Assembly (NCBI GenBank): GCA_963767005.1
Contig: CAVYCN010000003.1
Span: 128,001 to 192,000 of the forward strand
Length of the DNA stretch: 64,000 bases
Reading direction: 5' to 3'
Origin: an uncultured Actinomycetes bacterium
Lineage (GTDB): Bacteria > Actinomycetota > Thermoleophilia > UBA2241
Position numbers and translations under genes: made by a program. Shown piece by piece: positions 30,522-39,503 of the stretch (positions within the stretch are counted from its first letter, which is position 1; the number at the start of each line of letters is the position of its first letter). Under the pieces are notes generated by a model that saw only the letters and a program-made list of their open reading frames with translations, ran no database searches and was not told where the DNA came from.

Positions 30522-31987
30522 AACGTAACCTCTTCGCCGGCCGGCCGCGCAGCGGCGGCCTGCGCCTGAACGTCTTCACCGAGGCCGAGGTCGACGACAT
30601 CCACTCGGCGACGCTCGAGGTGCTCGAACGCACCGGCGTGTTCGTCGAGGCCGACGAGGCGCTCGACATCTTCTCGGACGGCGGCTGCGACGTGGACCGC
30701 GAGACGCACGTGGTGCGCATCCCGCCGCACGCCGTCGAGGACGCGATCCGCTCGGCGCCCGCGAAGATCGTGCTCTGCGGCCGCGAGCCGAAGAACGATG
30801 TCGTGCTCGAGCCGGGCCGCGTCGCCTTCACCAACTTCAGCGAGGGCATCCGCGTAGTCGATCCGTGGTCGGGCGAGATCCGCGACTCGACCAAGGCCGA
30901 CATCGGCGACATCGCCCGCCTGAACGACTACCTGTCCGACATCGACACGCACGAGATCGCGGTCGGCGCCAGAGACGTGCCGCCCGAGACCTGCGCGGTG
31001 CACAACGCCGAGATGCAGTACCTGAACACGACCAAGCCGATCGGCATCGGACCGCTGTCGCGCACCGAGACGATCGCCATCTTCCGCATGGGCGCCGAGA
31101 TCGTCGGCGGCGCCGATGAGCTGCGCCGGCGCCCGATCGTCTACAACGGCGTCTGCCCGGTGAGTCCGCTCAAGCTGCCGCACGAGGCCACCGAGGTGAT
31201 CATCGAGACGGCCCGCTGGGGTATTCCCAACAACATCCTCTCGATGGCGATGGCCGGCGGCTCGTCGCCGGTCACCCTGGCCGGCACCCTGGTCACCCAC
31301 AACGCCGAGGTGCTGTCGGGCATCACGCTGGCGCAGCTCTCTGAGCGGGGCGCGCCCTGCATCTACGGCAGCTCGACGACGGCGATGGACCTCAAGCTGG
31401 CGGCGGCCTGCGTGGGCTCGCCCGAGCTCGCCATGATCTCGGCCGCCGTGGCCCAGATGGCCAGGCGCTACCTGCTGCCGAGCTTCGTGGCCGGCTTGTA
31501 GGCTGACTCGAAGCTCGGTGACGCCCAGGTCGGGCACGAGAAAACCCTCACCGGCATCATGGCAGCGTTGGCAGGGGCCAACCTGATCTACGGTTCGGGG
31601 ATGATCGAGTCGGGCGTCACCTTCGATTGCGGGCAGTTCGTCATGGACAACGAGTTCGCCCGCATGATCAAGCACTGCGTCGGCGGCATCACGGTGAGCG
31701 ACGACACGCTCGCCGTCGACGACATCGCGGCGGTGGGGTCGTTCGGCGACTTCCTGTCGCTCGACGCCACCCTGCGCCACATGCGCGAGCTCTCCCAGCC
31801 GGAGCTCCTCGACCGCCGCGTGCGCGAGGACTGGGAGGAGCGCGGCGCTACCGACCTGCACGCCCGTTGCCTGGCCAAGGCGCGCGAAATCCTCACAAAC
31901 TTCACGCCGGCGCAGCTCGACGACGACGTCAAGGGGCGCATTCGCGATATCGTGGTCGAGACCGATCGTCTGGTCGGTGTCGCCTGA
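30518..31987 (+). CDS. mttB: Trimethylamine:corrinoid methyltransferase with in-frame amber (pyrrolysine) codon at 31499-31501
   Basis: GTGA overlap with mtbB stop; SMAMAGGSSPVTLAGTLVTHNAEVLSG, YGSSTT, VGSPEL, LPSFVAGL-TAG-ADSK...GHEKT...LAGANLIYGSGM aligns with MttB [13 protein letters not shown]...GHEKT. Confidence 0.93.
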
Positions 31988-31999
31988 AAGGAGAGGCCC

Positions 32000-32629
32000 A
32001 TGAAGGAACAGCTGACGCAAGCCCTCATCGCCGGCAACGGCGAGACCGTGAACGCCCTGACCAGCGCGCTGCTCGCGAGCGGCGCGTCGGCCCGGGAGAT
32101 CTTGGACGAGGCGCTGCTGCCCGGCATGGAAGTGGTCGGCGAGCGCATGCGCAAGGGCGAGTGCTTCATCCCCGAGGTGCTGCTCTCGGCGCGCACCATG
32201 CAGGGCGCGCTCGACCTGCTCAAGCCGCACCTCGGCGAGGGTGAGAGCGCCGGCCTGGGCACCATCGTGATCGGCACGGTCGAAGGCGACCTGCACGACA
32301 TCGGCAAGAACCTGGTCGCCATGCTGCTGCAGGGCGCCGGCTTCACCGTCGTCAACCTCGGCACCGGCGTGACGACGACGGCCTTCGTCGCCGCCGTCAA
32401 GGAGCACAGCCCGGTGATCGTCGGCATGAGCGCGCTGCTCACCACCACGCTGCCGCACATGGCAGAGACGATCGCGGCGCTCAAGGACGCGGGGCTGCGC
32501 GACTCGGTCAAGATCATGATCGGCGGCGCGCCGGTCACCCAGGCCTTCGCCGACGAGCTCGGCGCCGACGGCTACGGCGCGAACGCCGGCATGGCCGTCG
32601 AGCGCGCCAAGGCGCTCGCCACAGGCTAG
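32000..32629 (+). CDS. Methylamine/methyltransferase cognate corrinoid protein (MttC/MtbC-like)
   Basis: FIPEVL cap domain; B12 motif GDLHDIGKNLV, SALLTTT, IMIGGAPV; SD AAGGAG. Confidence 0.95.
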   Translation: MKEQLTQALIAGNGETVNALTSALLASGASAREILDEALLPGMEVVGERMRKGECFIPEVLLSARTMQGALDLLKPHLGEGESAGLGTIVIGTVEGDLHDIGKNLVAMLLQGAGFTVVNLGTGVTTTAFVAAVKEHSPVIVGMSALLTTTLPHMAETIAALKDAGLRDSVKIMIGGAPVTQAFADELGADGYGANAGMAVERAKALATG

Positions 32630-32869
32630 AGGCGGCCCGCGGCGCGGCCGCGGCGAACAGAGCCGTCGGGAGACGGCGACGGCAGACGGGACCGGCGCAC
32701 GCGGCGCCGGCGAACTGACTCGGCCACGACGGCGGCCGGCCCCGGGGGCTCGGCCGGCACAGGGGGTGTGAGATGGCCAGCAGCGTCACGCGAGCGCCAT
32801 TGCACGGCGCCATGGCGGAGGAGCGCGTCAAGCTGCGCAAGGTGTTGCGAGCGACCTCGAGGTAGTGAA

Positions 32870-34333
32870 ATGACGATGTTCGAAACGACGGCGCGTCCGC
32901 GCTTGAGCATGCTCGACGCGGCGGCCATCGAGTACGTCCACGAGCAGTCGCTGCGCCTGCTTGAGGAGGTCGGCGTGCGCGTGCCGCTGGCGCGCGCCCA
33001 GGCGCTGCTTTCCGACGCGGGCGCGCGGATCGACGCCGAGACCGGCGTCGCGCGTCTGCCGCGCGACTTGGTCGAGGGCGCGCTGGCGCGCGCCCCGCGT
33101 ACCGTCCTGCTCGCCGCACGCGACCCCGGCAAGGACGCGCTGCTCGACCACACGCGCGCCTTCGCGACCCACGACGGCATGGGCGCCATGTGCCTCGACC
33201 ATCGCACCGGCGAGCGCCGGCCGTCGACGGCGCGCGACCTGCGCGAGGCCATGACGGTGGCCGACGCGCTCGACGAGATCGGCGTGCTCTGGTACACGGC
33301 CTACCCGTGCGACGAGGAGCCGGCCCTGCAGTCGCTGCGCGGCCTGCAGGCGATGCTGGCCGGCAGCGCCAAGCACGTGCAGGGCGAGGTCACCGACCCG
33401 GCCGACGTGCCGTACGTCATGGAGATCCTCGCCGCCGCGAGCCCCGACGGAGTCTGGCACCGGGAGCGGCCCACCTTCTCGATCGTCTACTGCCCCGTGA
33501 GCCCGCTGCAGCACGATGCCGAGAGCCTCGCGGCCGCCATCCTGCTCGCCGAGCAGGGCGTGCCGATCACCGTGTACAGCCTCGCCCTCGCCGGCGCGAC
33601 CGCGCCGATCACCCTGGCCGGCACCGCCGTGCAGACCAACGCCGAGGAGCTCGCCGCCTTCGCGGTCCTGCAGCTCGCCGTACCGGGCTGCCCGCTGATC
33701 TACGTGGCGAACGCCGGCGTCATGGACATGCGCACCTCGACCTACACCTCGGCCGGGCCCGAGGAGGTCCTGCTCAACACGGCGCTCATCGAGATGGGCC
33801 GCCACTATGGCGTGCCGGTGCTGTCCTGCGGCCTGTCGACCGACGCCAAGGAGCTCTGCGTACAGGTCGGCTCCGACGGCGCGCCGATGGCCTACTGCAC
33901 GCTGCTGGCCGGCGCCGACCTGCTCACCGGCGCCGGCATGCTCGACTCGGCCCAGCTCCTCTATCTGCCCAAGCTGGTGCTCGATGCCGAGCTCGTGCGC
34001 CAGGGCCGGCGCCTGCTCGCCGGCGTCACCTTCGACGACGAGCACGTCATGCTCGACGTGAGCGCACGGGTCGGGCCGGGCGGCCACTTCCTCGCTGCCC
34101 GCGAGACGCGCACGTTCCTGCGCAGCGGCGAGCTGCAGCAGCCGCGCCTGTTCGTGCGGGGCTCGTACGACGGCTGGGTGGCCGAGGGCAAGTCCGAAGC
34201 CCAGCGCGCGGTCGCGGCGGTCGACGAGATCCTCGCCACCCACCGGCCGCTGCCGCTGCCCGACGGCGCCGCGCAGCGCATCGAGGACGTGATCGCCGCA
34301 GCCGCGGCCGAGCGCGGCGTGCCGGTGACCTGA
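32870..34333 (+). CDS. Non-pyrrolysine MttB-superfamily methyltransferase (quaternary-amine demethylase type)
   Basis: CPVSPL, GATAPITLAG, NAE, GLSTDAK (Ser at the Pyl position), GAGMLD, VGPGGHFL; no internal stop. Confidence 0.9.
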   Translation: MTMFETTARPRLSMLDAAAIEYVHEQSLRLLEEVGVRVPLARAQALLSDAGARIDAETGVARLPRDLVEGALARAPRTVLLAARDPGKDALLDHTRAFATHDGMGAMCLDHRTGERRPSTARDLREAMTVADALDEIGVLWYTAYPCDEEPALQSLRGLQAMLAGSAKHVQGEVTDPADVPYVMEILAAASPDGVWHRERPTFSIVYCPVSPLQHDAESLAAAILLAEQGVPITVYSLALAGATAPITLAGTAVQTNAEELAAFAVLQLAVPGCPLIYVANAGVMDMRTSTYTSAGPEEVLLNTALIEMGRHYGVPVLSCGLSTDAKELCVQVGSDGAPMAYCTLLAGADLLTGAGMLDSAQLLYLPKLVLDAELVRQGRRLLAGVTFDDEHVMLDVSARVGPGGHFLAARETRTFLRSGELQQPRLFVRGSYDGWVAEGKSEAQRAVAAVDEILATHRPLPLPDGAAQRIEDVIAAAAAERGVPVT

Positions 34334-34362
34334 GAGCTGGACGAGATAGACAACGCGCGTCC

Positions 34363-34400
34363 GGAGGGGGCGGGCGGCCGTACGGCCGCCCGCCCCCTCC
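34363..34400. terminator. GC hairpin closing the methyltransferase cluster
   Basis: GGAGGGGGCGGGCGGCCG-TA-CGGCCGCCCGCCCCCTCC perfect 18-bp stem. Confidence 0.65.
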
Positions 34401-34554
34401 CTCGTCTGTCGCGCTCGTCGTCCGAGCCGTCTCCCCGGCCCGTCCCGCCACCCCGGCGGGTCCATGCTGGACCGCCACGCGCCGCCAACGGTTACTCGCC
34501 GGCTGAGGTGGTGGAAGAAGGTCGCAGGCCAAGGGGTGCAGGAGGGGAGTCGAC

Positions 34555-34917
34555 ATGCATATGCTGATCCTGCAGGGCCGTCGCCTGCCGGAGGGTGGGG
34601 GCGGGGCGAACGGCGACGTCGGGCCGCGGACGTACGGCGCCGGGCGGCGGTGCGCCGCGGACGGGTGCGGCACCATCCTGTCGAGCTACAATCCGAGCTG
34701 CCTCTGCGCCCTGCACGCCGGCGGCTGGGCCGAGCGACCGGCGCGCGAGCCGCGCCACTACTGCGCCCGGCCGGAGCAGACGCGACGCTGCGCCAACATG
34801 CTCTGCTCGATCGAGTTCACGACGGCCAACCCGAGCAGGGTCTACTGCTCGGACCGCTGCCGCATGAAGGCCTTCCAGCTGCGCCTCGCCCAGGGACGCA
34901 GGCAAGCGGCCGCCTGA
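34555..34917 (+). CDS. Small Cys-rich putative zinc-finger protein
   Basis: CxxxxC...CxCxxH and CxxxxC...YCSDRCR motifs; SD GGAGGGG upstream. Confidence 0.6.
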   Translation: MHMLILQGRRLPEGGGGANGDVGPRTYGAGRRCAADGCGTILSSYNPSCLCALHAGGWAERPAREPRHYCARPEQTRRCANMLCSIEFTTANPSRVYCSDRCRMKAFQLRLAQGRRQAAA

Positions 34918-34987
34918 CCGCTCGTCGCGCCGCGCGCCTCGCCAGGCGTGCCGTCTGCGATCTGTCGGCGACTTGCCTGGTCTTTCG

Positions 34988-36652
34988 CTACCGTCCGGGC
35001 AGCTTCACGTCGATCGTCAGTGGCACCTCGACCGCCGAGGCGGTCATCTGGACAAGGACGTCGATGCTCCACCGGCCTTCCACGGAGAGCTCGAGTCCGG
35101 AGCCTTGCCAGACGCCTCGCGACCCGGTGGCGAGGCTGAGAGTCGATGCCTGCACGGTCGTCTGCCCAGGCAGCGAGAAGTCGAGCGTGACCGCTCGCAC
35201 GCCGGTCACAGGCCGCCCGCTGGCGTAATCGCTGAGCGTTGCCGTGAACGCGTTCGAGCCGACCCGACCGGGACTCACCACGAGACGTACCCGCACCGTG
35301 GTCGCGTAGTCGCTGCCGTTCAGCACAAGGTGGCTCTGGGCCTCGGCCCGGGCCGAGGCCGCGGCGATGGTCGCCGGCGCAAGGCCGCTGAGCACGCCGG
35401 TCACCGCCAGGATACCGACTCCGAGCAGGAGCTCGCCGCGCACCGAGCTCCGAAAGAGCGGCGCGGCGCGATCGTCGGCCAGGGCGGGCACCAGCCGGAA
35501 GTGATTGCGCGCCCCGAGCACGACCAGCGCGCAGAAGAGGCCGAGCTTGACCAGAAGCAGCGCACCGAAGCTCGTGTGCAACAGGTTGGCGGGAGCCCCG
35601 ACCTCGGCCACACCCCGCGCGATGCCGGTCGCCAGCACGACACCGAGGCCGATCGTGGCGATCGCCGAGAAGCGCCGCCCGGCCCACGCTCGTTCGTCAC
35701 GCCGCGCCTGTCGCAGCCCGAGCAGCAGCCAGGCCAGCCCGCCCACCCAGGCCCCGACAGCCACGACGTGCAGCCACTGCACGGTCAGGTTGAGGAATCG
35801 GTAGGGAGAGACGCCGCCGGCATGGCTTCCCCAGACGACCGAGAACATCGCGAGGGCGGCGGCCGCGCCGAGCACGGTGAAGGTAACGCGTCCCGGCAGG
35901 AGGCTCATCCATTGCACCGCCAGGCCGCAGAACAGGACCGCGGTCACACACTGGCCCAGCAGGGTGTAGCCCTCCGGGGTCTCGATGAGCGCGAGCAGGG
36001 ACGGAGCCCGCACGATGGCCTGTTCGGTCAGCATGACCGTGAAGATACCGACCGAGGCAAGCAGCCAGGCCGACCAGAACAGGCCGCGACCGCCGACCGG
36101 CAGCCTTCCTCGCCAGACCCAGAGACAAGTCGTGGCCCCACCGAGGAACAGGACCAGCCCGCTCCACAGCAGCCAGCGGCCGGCCGCCTGGGCGCTCGTG
36201 AGCCAGCGAGACGTCGAGACGTACTTGCCGAAGGGCGCCACCCCACCGACATTGGCTACTCCCACCCCAAAGGCGTAAGCCCCTCCCGCGAGATGGCCGT
36301 CCAGAGCCGAGACGGTCTGCCAGTCCACGGTGTAGACGCCGCGGGGCAGCGGGCGGCTCACGGAGACCTCGAGCTGCTGTGAGTTCCCCGGCACCGCACG
36401 AGAGGGCAGGACGCCGGGCGCCGGCCGACCCCGCGTATCGACGACCTGGACGTGTGAGAGGGAGGGGTCGACCGGCTCGCTGAACGTGAGCAGCAGGCGT
36501 TGAGGCGACTGCGTCACGGTGCCGTTCACCGCAGGGCTGGCACGGGTCAGGAGGGCGTGCGCCTCAGCCGTGGCCGGCAGGAGCGCAAGAGCGCCGGTCA
36601 GCAGCGCGAGGCAGAGTCCGGCCCGGGTGGTCGTGCGCATCGAGGCGCGCAA
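34988..36652 (-). CDS. Copper resistance/uptake CopC-CopD-(YtkA-like) fusion (YcnJ-like)
   Basis: Signal + AHALL..SP, LTFSEP, YTVDW..S.LDGH (CopC); SHA, LH...AWVGGL, RFS, LL.K (CopD); PGRVGSN/G.W C-domain. Confidence 0.88.
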   Translation of the reverse strand: MRASMRTTTRAGLCLALLTGALALLPATAEAHALLTRASPAVNGTVTQSPQRLLLTFSEPVDPSLSHVQVVDTRGRPAPGVLPSRAVPGNSQQLEVSVSRPLPRGVYTVDWQTVSALDGHLAGGAYAFGVGVANVGGVAPFGKYVSTSRWLTSAQAAGRWLLWSGLVLFLGGATTCLWVWRGRLPVGGRGLFWSAWLLASVGIFTVMLTEQAIVRAPSLLALIETPEGYTLLGQCVTAVLFCGLAVQWMSLLPGRVTFTVLGAAAALAMFSVVWGSHAGGVSPYRFLNLTVQWLHVVAVGAWVGGLAWLLLGLRQARRDERAWAGRRFSAIATIGLGVVLATGIARGVAEVGAPANLLHTSFGALLLVKLGLFCALVVLGARNHFRLVPALADDRAAPLFRSSVRGELLLGVGILAVTGVLSGLAPATIAAASARAEAQSHLVLNGSDYATTVRVRLVVSPGRVGSNAFTATLSDYASGRPVTGVRAVTLDFSLPGQTTVQASTLSLATGSRGVWQGSGLELSVEGRWSIDVLVQMTASAVEVPLTIDVKLPGR

Positions 36653-36663
36653 CGCCGCCCCCC

Positions 36664-37308
36664 TCAGGCGCGCTTGTGAAGCAACGCGACGAGGGCCACC
36701 GCCAGACCGGCGACGCCGACCGCCAGGCCGACGATGCCGAAGAGCTGGGCCCGAGAGGCGTCAGAAGCGGTCGCCAGGCGCGGCAACGAGACGTTCACGC
36801 GCTGCGAGAGCTCGGTCATCGTGGGCGTCTGTACGGGGAACTCGCTCGCCGTGGGGTCCTGTACCGTGTTGAAGGTGGTGGGACCGCTCGTGAACCTCTG
36901 GTCGATATGCTGCGTGCCGATCGTGCCGATGAAGTGGAACGTGTAGTTGCCGGGGGCGGTCGGAAACAGCCAGGCACGATAGTCGCCGGGTGTACCCAGG
37001 CCGGTGTCCGGGTCAAAAGTGGGCTCAAGGGCGAAGATTGTCATCTGGCTGCCATACATCACCATGACCCTGAGACCGTTGCCCAAGTTGACGACGGGCT
37101 TGCCGGTGCTGCGATCGCTCAGGATCAGCTGGACGCTGTTCTCCTGGCCGACGTAGGCGGGTTCTGTGCCCCAGCCCACGACGAAGCGGTAGGCGCCCAC
37201 GTCGCGGACCTCGTGTGCATGGGCGGGCGCGGCGGTCAGGAGGCCGAGCGGCAAGAGTAGACCGAGCGCAACGACGAGACCAGGCGCGAACCTTCGTGTC
37301 ATGACCAT
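36664..37308 (-). CDS. Secreted, C-terminally anchored protein with N-terminal His (putative copper chaperone partner)
   Basis: Signal peptide ending AHA-HE, VGWG.EPAY, C-terminal TM; directly upstream of copCD. Confidence 0.65.
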   Translation of the reverse strand: MVMTRRFAPGLVVALGLLLPLGLLTAAPAHAHEVRDVGAYRFVVGWGTEPAYVGQENSVQLILSDRSTGKPVVNLGNGLRVMVMYGSQMTIFALEPTFDPDTGLGTPGDYRAWLFPTAPGNYTFHFIGTIGTQHIDQRFTSGPTTFNTVQDPTASEFPVQTPTMTELSQRVNVSLPRLATASDASRAQLFGIVGLAVGVAGLAVALVALLHKRA

Positions 37309-37598
37309 GGCTCCCTTGTCCGGGCTGGGCTGATCTCTGCGTCTCATGACGCGTGCCATCGGGCCTCAGCGGGTGCAGTCGTCGCAGGCTCCACTTGCGT
37401 ACGACTGCGCACCTGTATCCCCCGCACATTGCGTTCTTGCACGCCGGCCGTTGAGGCGCGCAAGAGCCTAAGTACGATGCGGCGCGAAGACCGGTGACGC
37501 CATGGCCGCGTCGCTCGGTGTCGCCGACCTGAGCGAAGCCCCCGCAAGCGGCCTCGGCTTGCGCCGACACCAGCCGCGTACAGGGGCTTCGTAAGAGT

Positions 37599-37674
<76 letters not shown>

Positions 37675-37737
37675 ACGGCTCCGGCGGCCGAAGTATAGGC
37701 CACGCCGGGCGATCGCTCAAACGTGCGGCGGCCGCCG

Positions 37738-38148
37738 TCAGATCAGGGCGCGCACCACGAGCGCCACACACATCGCGGCGGTGAACAGCAGGGCGACCTC
37801 CGCCAGGATGCCGGCCGTCCAGGCGATCCTCGACAGGCGTAGCTCGTCGGACACCTCGCCGGCGCCGCAGCCCTCGGTGAACAGGCCGTAACGGATCACA
37901 CCGTAGATGCCCAGGAAGGCGGCATAGCCCGACAGGCCGAAGCCGACGAAGGCGAGCGGCACGCCCCACCACAGGTTGTCACCCGAGATCACGAGCGCGA
38001 GCATGGCCAGGGCCGCGGCCAGGGCGACGAAGCCCAGGGCCACCCCGAGGCGCACGCGCACGACCGTGCCGGAGATGCCGCGGCGCTCCGTTACCGCGGC
38101 GCCCGTACCAGGGTCGCCGCCGCCGGATACGGCGAGCTCGCTCGTCAT
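37738..38148 (-). CDS. Hypothetical membrane protein (3 TM)
   Basis: Hydrophobic segments, GAGGT SD, follows rpoD. Confidence 0.55.
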   Translation of the reverse strand: MTSELAVSGGGDPGTGAAVTERRGISGTVVRVRLGVALGFVALAAALAMLALVISGDNLWWGVPLAFVGFGLSGYAAFLGIYGVIRYGLFTEGCGAGEVSDELRLSRIAWTAGILAEVALLFTAAMCVALVVRALI

Positions 38149-38245
38149 CGGTCGCACCTCGTTCGTTCGGCCTGGGCCGTCGTGCCCGGCCGGTCGCAGC
38201 TCGCCGCCCGGGCCTGGTCGGACGCGTCTGGTCGCCGGCGCCTCA

Positions 38246-39364
<1,119 letters not shown>

Positions 39365-39459
39365 GCGTTCTCCTCACTTGACTCGGCGAATCGTCATGTT
39401 CCGACAAGGTTCGCAAACCGTCACCGACACCGCCACCCCGCTCGTCCGCCTCTGGCCGG

Positions 39460-39503
39460 CGTCGCTGCCGCTCAGGCGAGCGTGACCTCGTCACGCGCCT
39501 AGT
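39460..39503 (-). repeat. Dispersed copy of the ACTAGGCGCG hairpin repeat family containing the dnaG TAG
   Basis: Minus strand ACTAGGCGCGTGACGAGGTCACGCTCGCCTGAGCGGCAGCGACG vs ACTAGGCGCGCGACGTAGTCACGCCTGCCTGAGCGTCAGCGACG at 18048. Confidence 0.85.

Noticed and set aside
29082-31987. mtbB and mttB as nonsense pseudogenes or four separate ORFs
   Set aside because: Each has a single TAG at the family's Pyl column, with intact conserved sequence on both sides.
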